From: Octopus sinensis
Lineage: Eukaryota
Direction of reading: 5' to 3'
Length of the DNA: 64,000 bases
Assembly (NCBI RefSeq): GCF_006345805.1
Contig: NC_043018.1
Coordinates: 19,406,001 to 19,470,000 of the forward strand
Shown: piece after piece, positions 14,510 through 27,299 of the stretch
Position numbering within the stretch: the stretch's first letter is position 1
How the letters are laid out: the number at the start of each line of letters is the position of its first letter
Notes under the pieces: generated by a model
Seen by the model: the letters and a program-made list of their open reading frames with translations, nothing else
Told to the model about the DNA's origin: nothing
The model's database searches: none
Program-made: the position numbers and the translations under genes

Positions 14510-15062
14510 GAGTGAGAGAGCAGTTCATGCCATCAAGTGACACTGGGGTAAAATATACGAAGCCCAATATACCCATCATGACTACCCGTCTGATAAAGGT
14601 AACCAGCACATGCATCACAACCATATGTGCGCGACATGGTGATCTCATATCAAGATAAACAGCACATGACCTTGCAGGTGGGGCCCAGTTGGAATTTTCT
14701 TCAGGTTGAGTAGCCCATCCCGCTCAAACGGTCCCTGAATAAGGGTTGTTTAAGGATGTTGAAAGAACCACCTATGTTTCCAGAGGTGAACTATTCAAAC
14801 CCCAAAGAATCCCTCTCAACACATGGCTATGATGCTCCCCCACTACTTCTGCTCGTGATCAGAGATGCACATATCGTCAGCCACTAAGGGACATGCTCAA
14901 CTGGTTACGGTCAAATAACTGACAAGCAAATCTGTGGTATTGAGCAGAATATTTGGTGTAGCCCATCTTTTATACCAAGACAAAACAATGTACATGATAA
15001 CACTTCCAATCAGTTAAGATCAGAAGCCATGAGAGCCACTGCCTGGTACTGCATCAGGGCAT
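14510..15062 (-). mobile_element. ~550-bp non-coding interspersed repeat embedded in a (TAA)n array (family S4)
   Basis: Second copy at 13665-13860; ATT arrays on both sides; strand inferred from the TAA tail. Confidence 0.7.
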
Positions 15063-15091
15063 TTATTATTATTATATTATTATTATTATTA

Positions 15092-15134
<43 letters not shown>

Positions 15135-15157
15135 CATTATTATTATTATTATTATTA

Positions 15158-15191
<34 letters not shown>

Positions 15192-15207
15192 CATTATCAT
15201 TAATATT

Positions 15208-15238
<31 letters not shown>

Positions 15239-15295
15239 TATTATTATTATCATCATTATTATCATTATTATTATATTATTATTATTATTATTATT

Positions 15296-15354
<59 letters not shown>

Positions 15355-15366
15355 TATTATTATTAT

Positions 15367-15402
<36 letters not shown>

Positions 15403-15688
15403 TATTATTATTTAGTTTCCTGAAAGAAACAGAATGAAGAGAGAAGAAATAAGAAACATCGATTCTATCAAACTCGTTGTTTTCTTGATATGGTGGTGGT
15501 GGTGGTGGTGGGAGCAGGGCTATGGGGTGATGGGGTGAAGTGGGGTTGTTGTGTTTCCCTGATATCATTTTATATGAGATATCACATACTGTGTACGATA
15601 TGACTCATATTCTCTAGTTTATAATATACGAGGTGTATTTATTTGAAAATTTATAACTTGATATTTTCTTCAAATTTTATTACTTTTT

Positions 15689-16530
15689 GTGTGGTGGTGG
15701 TGGTGGTGGTGTGGTGGTGGTGGTGGTGGTGGTAGTGGTGGTGGTGGTGGTGGTGGGGTTGTGGTGGTGATGGTTGTGGTGGTGGTGGTGGTGGTAGTGG
15801 TGATGGTGATGGTGGTGGTAGTGGTGGTGGTTGTGGTTGTGGTGGTGGTGGTGATGGTGATGGTGGTGGTGGTGGTGGTGGTATTGGTGGTGGTGATGGT
15901 GGTGGTGGTAGTGGTGGTGGTTCTGGTAGTAGTGATGGTGGTGGTTTTGGTGGTAGTGATGGTGGTGGTGGTGGTGGTGGTGGTGGTGGTTGTGGTGGTG
16001 ATGGTGATGGTGGTGGTAGTGGTGGTGGTTGTGGTTGTGGTGGTGGTGGTGATGGTGATGGTGGTGGTGGTGGTGGTGGTAGTGGTGGTGGTTGTGGTGG
16101 TGGTGGTGGTAGTAGTGGTGATGATGATGATGGTGGTGGTGGTAGTGGTGATGGTGGTGATGGTGGTGGTGGTGGTGGTGTCGGTGGTAGTGGTGATGGT
16201 GATGGTGGTGGTGGTGGCAATGATAATTGCGGTGATGGTGGTGGTGTGGTGGTGGTGGTGGTATTGGTGGTGGTGATGGTGGTGGTGGTGGCAATGATAA
16301 TTGTGGTGATGGTGGTGGTGGTGGTGGTGGTGGTGGAGGTGATGTTGGTGGTGAAGTTGCTCACACAGAAGGTGATAGCGGTGGTTAAGATGTTGTTGTT
16401 GCTGTTGTTGTTGTTGCTGGTGGTGGTGAAGATGGTGAAGGTGTTGGCGCTGGTGTTGGTTGTTGTTGTTATTGTTGTCAACTGCACACACAGAACGTGG
16501 TGGTGGCGGTGGTTCTGGTGATGGTGGCAC
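15689..16530. repeat. (GGT)n degenerate array
   Basis: Directly visible. Confidence 0.95.
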
Positions 16531-16919
16531 TGGTGGTTGTTATGCCGTTGTCATTGTTGTTGTCGGTCGTTGCTGTTATCAGACACACACACACACACAT
16601 ACACACACATATACACACACACACACACTGATGTGATGATAATGATGATGATGATGATAGTGGTGTTGTTGGCGGTTTTGATAAATTAAATATTTCCCAA
16701 TGTCTCTCAGTGTTATCCTTCAATATATAAAGGAATCTGCAGACACTCGGTGCTGCCAAGGCTCACACCATTCCCATACAAACTCTCCCTCTAATATTCT
16801 CCCTCACCATAGCAGTGTTATTGAGGAAGTAGTCTTAGTAATCGTCTTGTTCTAGGTTCAATTCTAAACCACGGAACTTTCTCGTAAAATCCTCTGAATT
16901 CTTTATCTTTTAATTTTTT

Positions 16920-17164
16920 TTACTTGTTTCAGTCATTTGAATGTGGCCTTGCTGGGGCAGTGCCTTGAAGGGTTTTACTTGAACAAATCAACCCCAGGAT
17001 TTATGTTTTTCAAAGTTTGGTCCCTATTCTCTTGGTTTCCTTTGGCCAAGTTGCTAAATTATGGGGACGTAAACACACCAACACCGGTTGTCAGGTGGTG
17101 GAGGGGGATAAACACAGACATAAACACACACAGAGACACACACACTCATATGTATATATATATG

Positions 17165-17229
<65 letters not shown>

Positions 17230-17852
17230 ATATATGTATATATATATATATATATACATATATATACACACATATGTATAGGTGCAGGAGTGGTTGCATG
17301 GTAAGAAGCCTGCTCCCCAACCACATGGTCCCAGGTTCAGTCCCATTGTGTGGCACCTTGGGCAAGTGTCTTCTACAATAGCCTCAGGCCAACCAAAGCC
17401 TTGTGAGTGGATTTGGTAGATGGAAACTGAAAGAAACCTGCCATATATGTATGTGTGTGTGTTTGTTTATTGTCTCATGACCACTTGACAACCAGTGTTG
17501 ATGCATTTATGTCCTTGTAACTTAGTGGTTCAGCAAAAGAGACTGATACAGTGAGGACTAGGCTTTAAAAAATAATAAGTATAATAAGTGCTATGGTTTA
17601 TTTCTTCGACTAAAGTTCTACAAGGTGGTGCTCTAGCATGGCCGCAGTCAAAAAGACTGAAACAAGTAAAAGAATAAAAGAAAAGAATATATGACAGGCT
17701 TCTTTTCAGTTTCCATCTATCAAATCCACTCACAAGGCTTGGTTGGCCCAAGGCTAGAGAAGACACTTGCCCAACGTATCCATAGAGTGGGACTGAACCC
17801 AGAACCTTGTAGTTAGGAAGCAATCTTTCTCCTACATAGCCACACTTGCACC
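16920..17852. mobile_element. Cluster of three S1 SINE pieces in alternating orientation around (TA)n
   Basis: 16920-17130(-), 17281-17685(+), 17690-17852(-). Confidence 0.8.
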
Positions 17853-18329
17853 TGTTTCTTCTTCTTCGTCTGCCAATAAATCATGGAGTTTCTCTTCTTT
17901 CTTTCATGAATCTCAATCATTCTTCAAAAAAGGCTTTAGGCATTGCCCTTCGTTGTTTCTTTATCTGACTGAATTAGAGAATAAAAAATAGTTTTTGGAA
18001 CTAAAGAACTGTTAGCAATGATTGACAGGCTTGGCACTCTGCTTTAAGCTGGGCAAACAAGGCAATTGTGAAGAAAGCTAGAGTTTGGCAGTGCCAGGAA
18101 AGAGAAAAATATGTAACAAACTTTGTTTTAATCTTTCTTCTTTAATGTCCATATTTGTCAATAAAGAATTATTGGAGTTGTTTAAGCAATGTTTTAGCAG
18201 AAAAATTGAATCATCACCAGCTAAAATATTTTTTTTTACTCTAGGCACAAGGCCCGAAATTTTTGGAGAGGGGGTGTCAGTCGATTAGATCGATCCCCAG
18301 TATGCAACTGGTACTTAATTTATACTGCA

Positions 18330-19110
18330 CAGTATAGTAGGGTCAGTTGGGTACCGTCTGTGAGAAAAACAGCATCATGATGCAGTTCACTCTATCAGAA
18401 ATTTTGAAATGGTATGCTGTACTGCTTGGTATTCCCATCAGAAGCTGCAATACAAACAGAACAACCATTTGCTTGTGGTGTCCCCAAAATATGTACCAAG
18501 AGTTATAAAAATCAAACATCCTGTCAACATCCTAGAGTTTGGAGTGATCACTAGTGATGACAACGATATGTCTCCATTCATCTTCCCACACTTCCTCAGA
18601 CTCAACTCGGAGGCCAACATCAAGAGCCTAGAGTAGTGCTGCCCTAGATCAAGAGGGCAGTTGCTGGAAGACCCTATGTCTGGCAAAAGACTCTGCACCA
18701 TGCAACACAAGCAGATCCCGGTTGTGGATGTCAGACAATTTCTGCAACCACATCACCCCTAACATCTGGCCACCTAACTCCCCAGACTGCAACCCCCTTG
18801 ATTATTATGTGTGGGATGCAGTTGAGCAAGAGACCAACTCCTTGTGACACCAAAGATGAACTGAAGACAAGGATTATGGCAGCATTCACCAACTTAAACA
18901 AAGGGACTGTCCAGAAGAGTTGTAGGAGATTCCAAAGTCGTCTGGAGACCGTATTTGAAGCCAATGGCAATTTTATTGAATAAATTTACTCTTTAGTATT
19001 TCAAGATATTTTTCTATAATTTTGGTAAATATGTCTGTTAAAATGAGATGTCAGTGCTATTTTCATTTTTGCATAATTTAGCCGACAGTTTGTTCCCTGC
19101 ACTCAGTACA
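18330..19110 (+). mobile_element. Decayed Tc1/mariner-superfamily transposon, DD37D (maT)-like transposase remnant
   Basis: GRPYVWQ.DSAP...IWPPNSPDCNPLDYYVWDAVE...KSCRRFQSRLETVFEANGNFIE*; about 36 residues between the second and third catalytic Asp; frameshifts. Confidence 0.85.
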
Positions 19111-19221
19111 TACATAATTTAATAGGTACAGGCATGACTGTGTGGTAAGAAGGTTGTTTCCCAACTACATGGTTCCAACCTCAGCCACATACATGCATGT
19201 ATATATATACATATATATATA

Positions 19222-19738
19222 TTGGGTTGTCCGGAAAGTTCATGCCGATTTTTAAAGGAAAGGAAAAGGTCAATAAATACTTGCCATTACAATTTTAATC
19301 AACCAAATATGAACTGTTTTGTTGAACAATGTGTCTCCATCTTTTCTTTAACTTGAAAATACCCTCTTCCCAGAATTGAGGTGGTTTCATGGCAAAGAAT
19401 TCATCAAGGTATCTTTTTACGTCATCCAGGAAATTGAAATTTTTGCCATTAAGACTATTCTGCAGAGACCTGAATAAGTGGAAATCCAAAGGAGCAATAT
19501 CTGGTGAATATGGAGGGTGGGGTAACACATCCCAGCCGAGCTGCAGCAATTTTTGCCTGGTTCCCAAAGCATCAAGTGCCGAAAATGAACTTTCTTATCT
19601 TCCATTTTAAAGGGTTAAAAGATAACTGTGCTCTAAATAGAGGTGTAGTCAAATCCTATTTTATGGACCCAACCATGTTCTAAAAGAAGTCGAAAGGTAA
19701 GCTACTATAAATCAGCGCGAACTTTCCGGACAACCCAA
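19222..19738 (-). mobile_element. Internally deleted mariner (DD34D) element with both TIRs and TA target-site duplication
   Basis: TIRs ttgggttgtccggaaagttc / gaactttccggacaacccaa flanked by TA; N-terminal MEDKKVHFRHLML joined to C-terminal LGWDVLPHPPYSPDIAPLDFHLFRSLQNSL...RWRHIVQQN. Confidence 0.93.
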
Positions 19739-19855
19739 TATATATACATATGTAGTTAATCCAAACATGAAAACACAAAGAGAAAACACAACAACGCGAG
19801 TACGTGGAACAAGTATAGTGTATTGGATGCACAGGAAAGGAAAGAAAGAAGGAAG

Positions 19856-19890
19856 ATTTAACGTTTCGAGTGGAGCTCTTCATCAGAAAC
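19856..19890 (-). ncRNA. Minimal type-I hammerhead ribozyme in a Penelope-like fragment (~19745-19985)
   Basis: Minus strand guuu-CUGAUGA-a-gag(cucca)cuc-GAAA-CG-UU-aaau: both core boxes, stems I and II, loopless helix III. Confidence 0.75.
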
Positions 19891-20072
19891 ATAGGAAAAG
19901 GAAAGATCCAAGGAAGGGAAGACGGAGGTAAAAATCGCCAACGGTACACACGTGGTCACAATTTGAGAAGGTGCGAATGTCTGTGTAGGTGTAAATGGTG
20001 GCGACACAAGTAGAAAAGTGGAAGTAGAAGAAAGACAAAAAGAGGACGAGAAAAGTGGAAGAGTCACAGACA

Positions 20073-20110
<38 letters not shown>

Positions 20111-23029
20111 TAGGCTCATATTCATACACATACATGCAGATATATATATATATCAAGAGGGTTCAAAACGATTGTCATGCTTACTCTCAGAATCAATAAT
20201 TTTCTCCCATTTGTTTGAAGATATTGAGTTCTAAAAGCTTCATCATCATCATCATCATCATCATTGTTCGACCGTGGTCGAGACTTTCATAGTCTTTTCA
20301 AATGGCTAATAATGTGTGCGCGCGCCACTACTACACACATTGGAAAGCATTGTACAACCAAGTACTAAAGAAGATCTTTCCTCCTCCATGAAACAAAGCT
20401 GTTCCCGCTGGATGTCAACCCAGTATTTCTAAGCTACGGACCCAGTGATTTATTGTAAGGTTATCTCCCTAGATAGATTGCCTTCACTATGGCTAAGGAG
20501 CCCTTTCTACCCCATGAAAGCTTACCCCAACGACTTGTGCATGATTCTGTTTCTACCGAGAACCAAAACAGCATCCACAATTGGATCTTAATTTTGTGCT
20601 GGTTAACAAGAACAAGAAAGCCAACATTAATATATTGCAATACAACGTTGGCCAAACAACAGGAAAAGAAGAATTCAACCTCTTTCTTTATGGCAGAAAA
20701 TTACTTCAGCAATAGGATGTTGACTCTTGTCTTTAAGTTGAGGAAAGTAATTAACGTTATGTAAATTATGTCATCTTTGAAGATTTTTAGAATTAATATT
20801 CCTTGGGTTGCTTGATAAATTACCAAATATATCGTTACTCTCCAGTTAGGCATTATTATATTATCTTTGGAACAAGTTATTGGAATTTACCATCTAAGGG
20901 ACTCCGCTCTCTGATAAGAAATGTTTGGCACTATAAAGTTGACAAACAATATTCATGAACCCAACGTAAATGATGCTGTAAATATTTTTCTAGAATAATA
21001 TTGTCGCTCGCTCTTTTAGTTTGAGCTTTCGCATTTTTATTTTGAATAATACTTGTCTTTCTTTGTCCTCCATTAGCACCATATTCTTCACTTTCTTTGG
21101 TATTGACAACCCTATAGCTTTCTCTCACAATTATCTGTCTTTTTTTTTTGTCCTTACTCTTCCTCTCCACTTTCAATTTTTAGTTTCCAGTTTCGAGTAT
21201 TTCATCTTCTTTCTTTTTCAAACCTTTCCTTTATTTTCTTCTTGTGTCTCATGTTATCTTCTTTTAGTTATTCTCATCCTTTCAACCTCATATCTTTTTC
21301 TGTTTCTTCATTTATTTCTTCATGTTTTACAGCTCCTCTCTCCAACTTCACATCAAAGTATTGATTTGTTTTTGCTGTAAAAATTTTCATCTTTGTTTTT
21401 ACTTGTTTCAGTCATTAGACCGTGGTCATTCTGGGGCACCTGCATTTTTTTTTCATAAATCAGGATCTATAATTGCTCAGCCCTATTGTGCAGCATCTTG
21501 GACAGGTATCTTCAAATCTAGTCCTGGACTAACCAAAGCCTTGCGAATAGCTTCAGTAACAGAAACTGAAAGAAGCCTGTCAAACATATGTGGCTTAGTA
21601 ATGGGAGTGCTCAGCTCCTAATCATAAGGCCAACAGTTCATTTCCTGGATTGGACAGTGTTTTATGTCTTTGAGCAATGCATATCCTTTTATATTGCCCC
21701 AATCTACTCAGAAGATGGTTATTAGCCGACTGCCAGTGCAACCCTCTCTCCAGCCAGCAGTTACTTCTTTGATGTTTTACTAGAATAGGATTGGAAAGGC
21801 TGAGAGAATGTCTATGCCCGATTGTGACTGCACAAGCCCTAAAACAATAAGCAAAAGCATGGTACATAATACCAGGTTGTACACCCTTGTGAAAAGCAGC
21901 AATGTTATATCTATGCATATATGTGTGCCTGAGTATGTGTGGTGCGTGTGTGCTTGTGTATGTGCATCCATGTGTGTGCATATATGTGCATGCAAAAGCA
22001 TACATGTATGTGTGTGTGTGTGTGTATTAATATCTTCTTGGCTTAACATTGCCTGCTAGTTGTAAACAAACATCACCACCATACAAGCGGTTTTCATTCT
22101 TTGACAATCTTCCACGATCATATCTCGGGCCATTTTGCTGCTTCTATTCATACGATTTGAGGAAATATTCCTTTACTTGGAAACAGACAAGGGTGGGCAA
22201 CAGCGAGGGCACCAAGTCATAAGAAAATCCGCCTCAATGAATTTTGTCTAACCCATGCAAGCATGGAAAAGTGGACGTTAAAACAATGACAACAACAACA
22301 ATGATGATGATGGTGATGATACTGATGATGATGATGATGATGAGGAGGAGGAGGAGGAGGAGGAGGAGAGAGAAAAGGGGAACGATGCTGATGATTATAA
22401 TGTGGACATTTACATATGTGAAAAAAGCCCCACTTTCTTGTGCTTAAACATGGTTCATTTGCATTTGAAGTGTATCAGTATATCATGTTTGCATTCGTAA
22501 TTGTATTTTCATAATGAAGAACTTGAAGAAGAACTTGAAATATATCAAACATTTAAAAAATTTCCAGAAATGGAAACGGTATAAAATTAATGCTTTCGTT
22601 ATTGAAAATACTTTTTCTTTTATTATCTTGAAAAATAACACAGCTGAGATATTTGCGTTCTATATTCGTGTAATGAATGTATAAATTCCTTTTATAAAGC
22701 AGCGTTGGATTGAAGTTTTCTATTACTACTTTCTTCAAAAAATGCTGTTTATATTGCAAAAATATTCTTTAAAAATATTTTACAGATTCTAAATCCCTGA
22801 TATTTGAAAATATGAAAATATGGAGACTGTTATATTGAGAATATGAAGCAAATAAAACAAAGAGTGAGAGATTGTTTATAAGATAGTTAAGTTACATCAT
22901 CTTACACATGTTTCATTAACATATGGTGATTATTAGTTACATAATGTAAATTACATACTCAAATCTTAATGTCAAATCTTCAGAGATCTGTAACTTTTAT
23001 ACATACATTATTGTCTTCAATTTGGTGTT

Positions 23030-23440
23030 TGTCTCTATGCTTACCTATGGTTATGAAAGTTGGGTAATGGCAAAAAGAATATAATCGCAAATACAAGCAG
23101 CTGAGATGGGGTTCCTCTGAAGGGTCTTTGGAGTTGATATTACTTGAGAGAGTGCATAGCTCAGAGATCAGATAGGCACTTTAGTTAAAGCTGCTACTTC
23201 TTCAGATTGAGAGATTACAGCCCTGACACTACAGATGTGTGGCAAGAATGTCCCAGGACAGGTTTTACAGACAAAAACAACCAGTTGGAAACCCAAGGAG
23301 AGACCAAAAGAAAGATGATTAGATAACACTCATGAGTTCAGTTGATATCACTTGGGGACCCAACTGGGTCAACTGAAGATGGTTGCATCTGACTGGACCT
23401 GATTGAAGGCATGCTTGAGGATTCTGCCCCTATGACTATC
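23030..23440 (+). mobile_element. RTE-clade LINE C-terminal remnant
   Basis: MLTYGYESWVMAKRI*SQIQAAEMGFL*RVFGV...IERLQ..RMSQDR..PKERPKER; same region as 2730-3078. Confidence 0.8.
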
Positions 23441-23480
23441 CCCAGATTAACTGGGCAAAGAAGATGAAATAATGACATCA

Positions 23481-23622
23481 AATAAATGCCTTGCTTGTAA
23501 AATTCTGTAGGTTTAGAACCAAAATATGAATCCAGCTCATTTTTCAATCTCTTCTCTTGTTGTTAACCCTAGTCCATCAAAATGGTTCTGTGGTCCTCGG
23601 AACAAATGGTAATCAGAAGGAG
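23481..23622 (-). mobile_element. Mariner transposase C-terminal fragment
   Basis: PSDYHLFRGPQNHFDG...LDSYFGSKPTEFYKQGI. Confidence 0.8.
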
Positions 23623-23672
23623 ACGGCTACTGGCTGTTATATATGTTTCTTTCTTAAAGACATAATAAAAAT

Positions 23673-23837
23673 AGGCGCAGGAGTGGCTGTGTGGTAAGTA
23701 GCTTGCTAACCAACCACATGGTTCCGGGTTCAGTCCCACTGCGTGGCACCTTGGGCAGTGTCTTCTGCTATAGCCCCGGGCCGACCAATGCCTTGTGAGT
23801 GGATTTGGTAGATGGAAACTGAAAGAAGCCTGTCGTA

Positions 23838-23886
<49 letters not shown>

Positions 23887-24110
23887 GTGTGTGTATGTGT
23901 TTGTGTGTCTGTGTTTGTCTCCCTAGCATTCCTTGACAACCGATGCTGGTGTGTTTACGTCCCTGTCACTTAGCGGTTCGGCAAAAGAGACCGATAGCAT
24001 AAGTACTGGGCTTACAAAGAATAAGTCCCGGGGTCGATTTGCTCGACTAAAGGCGGTGCTCCAGCATGGCCGCAGTCAAATGACTGAAACAAGTAAAAGA
24101 GTAAAAGAGA
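23673..24110 (+). mobile_element. Full-length SINE S1
   Basis: Intact head and gtaaaagagtaaaaga tail. Confidence 0.9.
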
Positions 24111-24829
24111 AATGTGTTATAAAACCGCGCTCACGCTTAAGTGAATAGATGCTGAAATAATTCTAAAAAGCTCCTCAAGGTAAGAAATATGTTAACACAA
24201 TGTAAGAAATGCATTAATGCAAAGGCATAGAAGATTAGAGTTAATAAGATTGAGTTGAGGAAAAGTGTAAGAAAACTGTACGTCTCTTGGAGAAAGCTTT
24301 ATGAAGAAGGGAATTAAACAATCACCTTCAGAATAAAATACCATATTCTTGGAAGATTACAAGAGCAAAAGGTGGAATATTTAAGCATTAGCTAAATTGG
24401 AATAAGCAGGCAAGAAGTAGAGAGGTAATTATAAGATAAATTAAATAACTCAATACTCGAGGCAAGAATTGTTTTAGTGTGAGTAATGCATAAAGATTGA
24501 CTGGATGATAGCAGGTTTGAAATATTGCGAAATAAAGTTGGCACAGGTGTAAATGTGAGGTTAAGGGGCTCATTTTGCAACTGCGTAGTTTTGGGTTCAG
24601 TGCCACTGTGTTGTAGCACCTTGGGCGGGTTCCTTCTGCAACAGCCCCAGGTCAACCATAGCATTGTGAGTGAATTTGATTGAGAGAAACTGTGAAGGAA
24701 GCCTGTCGTGTACACATGCACATATGCACACACACACACACACACACCCACACACACACTCAATTATGAATTAAAAGTACTTCTATAGTGTGGTAAACAT
24801 TACTGACCACATGTTGTAAACATTATTGA

Positions 24830-25342
24830 CCTTGTGAGTGGATTTGGTAGATGGAAACTGAAAGAAGCCCGTCGTATATATGTACATATATATATGTATA
24901 TGTGTGTATATGTCTGTGTGTCTGCGTTTGTCCCCCACCACCATGCTTGACAACCAATGCTGGTGTGTTTACATCCCCATAAGTTAGCAGTTCGGCAAAA
25001 GAGACTGGTAGAATAAGTACTAGGCTTACAACGACTACGTCCTGGGGTCGATTTGCTTGACTAAAGGTTGTGCTCCAGCATGGCCGCGGTCACATGACTG
25101 AAACAAGTAAAAGAGTAAAGAGTCTCCATTGCTTTCAACATCATCATCATCATCATCATCATTTAGCGTCTGCTTTCCATGCTAGCATGGGTTGGACGGT
25201 TCAACTGGGGTCTGTGAAGCTGGAAGGCTTCGTCAGGCCCAGTCAGATCTGGCAGTACTTCTACGGCTGGATGCCCTTCCTAACGCCAACCACTCCGTGA
25301 GAGTAGTGGGTGCTTTTTACGTGCCACCTGCACAGGTGCCAG
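24830..25342. mobile_element. S1 3' part (+) followed by truncated S3 (-)
   Basis: Matches the other S1 and S3 copies. Confidence 0.8.
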
Positions 25343-25351
25343 AACAACCTT

Positions 25352-25513
25352 ATAAATGCCTCGCTTGTAAAATTCTGTAGGTTTAGAACCAAAATATGAA
25401 TCCAACTCATTTTCAGTCTCTTCTCTTGTTGTTAACCTGAGTCCATCGAAATGGTTCTGTGGTCCTTAGAACAAATGGTAATCAGAAGGAGCAAGGTCAG
25501 GAGAATATGGAGG
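25352..25513 (-). mobile_element. Mariner transposase C-terminal fragment, second copy
   Basis: PPYSPDLAPSDYHLF...FGSKPTEFYK; near-identical to 23481-23622. Confidence 0.85.
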
Positions 25514-25842
25514 ATTAAGGAGTATTACTACTTTCTTCAAAAAATGCTGTTTATATTGCTAAAATATTTTTAAAAAATATTTTACAGATTCTAAATCCCT
25601 GATATTTGAAAACAGGAAAATATGGAGACTGTTATATTGAGTATATGAAGCAAATAAAACAAAGCATGAGAGATTGTTCTTCCTTTGTCGATGACTATCA
25701 GGTGTTTTAACACTGGGTATACCCAGTGTATGTGTTTTGTTTGTTCACTGATCCACTGTGGTACAATGTTTTGGGGACAGCTCTCCCCCGCCACAGCATT
25801 GCGTGTTAATATGGAATTTTGATGAAAAGTTTTCAGATCACT

Positions 25843-26492
25843 TTAACCCTTTTGTTACCATATTTTTTATTGAGACACATGTCCATCTCTCTTTCAATTA
25901 ATTTGGAAAATAACAAAAAATTTAGTTAAAGAATTTTGTGATTATCAAGCTGGTGTCTGGGTCATAAATTAGGATGAAATGTTCATGGACAGTTTTCCTT
26001 TAAACTACTTTAAAACGAAAAATGGTCTCAGGCAAGCTGGGATTGAAAAATGATTAACCCTTTTGTTACCATATTTCTATAGAAATGCTTTGCCTTTATT
26101 TCAAATAATTTTGAAAATAAGGAAGAATTTAGCAAAATAACTTCGTCATAATTAAACTAGTGTTTGGAACATAAATTAATGGAAAATTTTCATGAAAGAC
26201 TTTAATTTAGATCACTTTAGAACAGGAATATTGCATCATAGAACCAAGGATGGTCTCTGGTGAGTAGGTATCAAAAGAGTTGGTTCTTTTATTACCATAT
26301 TTCTGTTGAGCTACATTGTTTTTGTCTCAATTAATTTCGAAAATAACCAAGAATTTAGCAAACTAGCTTTATCAATATGAAGCTGGTGCACAGATCATAA
26401 ATAATATGGAATTTTCATGGAAGGTTTTACTTTAGCTCACTTTAAAGCCAAAAGTTTTTGGTCTCAGGTGGGTTGGTACCAATTTAGTTAAA
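25843..26492. mobile_element. Tandem of three ~210-bp piggyBac-like MITEs (TTAA-CCCTTT ends)
   Basis: Repeated ttaacccttttgttaccatattt...gaatttag.aaaataact...ggtctcagg; dispersed copies near 3724, 4231 and 47190. Confidence 0.6.
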
Positions 26493-26883
26493 ATACTAAA
26501 TCTACATGAAATGCCACTATTGCAAAACAACCAGCAGTCATGAATCTCTAAAACTGTTTGACGGCATCAAAGGTTCAAATTATTTCTCAGGAAGATGTGA
26601 TGTCTTATAGAAAAACTGAAATGAAAACGTCTAAGCTGTTGACGGAGAAGCCAGATACTGAAATGGCTTCGATGCCAATCATGGGAAGAGTATGATGTAA
26701 TGACAGCAAGCAGATTATAGATAGAGGCAGTTCTGCCATGATATTTCAAAGTTTCTTGCAAATGGAAATAGTAATTAAATTTACACCCACATATGTATGC
26801 GCACCTGTATAAAATAATTATAGGCAGCGCAGTGTGCAATGTATCACCAAAAGGGAAAACTATAATTGTCACTAAATATGACT

Positions 26884-27195
26884 GTTAGTTAGTTAGTTAG
26901 TTAGTTAGTTAATTTGGCTCAAAAGCAAATAGCAAGGCCATGTAGGGGGACATGGAGTTAAGTACAGGGTGGTGTTCATGTAAAGAGTTCAGGCCACTTG
27001 AGGTCCAGGGAGGCTTTGAACAAAGCGGTCGTCGGCATCTTCACCATCTCTCGTCTGGCAGCTTGTTCCATGGATCCGCCACCTGGACGGAGAAAGCTCC
27101 TCTCCTTCGATTGAGATGAAATCGTCGCAGGTAGAGCTTTTCGGAATGACCCCGCAGCCGACGCTCTGGAGCAGGAGTGAAGAACAGCTCTTTCA
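26884..27195 (-). mobile_element. CR1-type LINE 3' end with (TAAC)n tail
   Basis: RRLRGHSEKLYLRRFHLNRRRGAFSVQVADPWNKLPDE...FKASLD fits the CR1 C-terminal RGH..KL...FS.RV...WN.LP...FK..LD pattern. Confidence 0.85.
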
Positions 27196-27299
27196 AGAGG
27201 TTACACTTTCCGCTTATGATGTTGTGGGCGAGAATGAGATCACCACGGCGGTGGCGTTTTTCAAGAGAATGTTAGTGGTGTTCCTACCACTGAGGGTGG

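Noticed and set aside
20150-20190. aaaacgattgtc resembling a HHR helix III half next to TA
   Set aside because: No CUGANGA box and too short to support.
24150-24186. Possible micro-exon ending in AAG/gtaag (similar donor-like site near 37951)
   Set aside because: No polypyrimidine acceptor and no supporting neighbouring exons.
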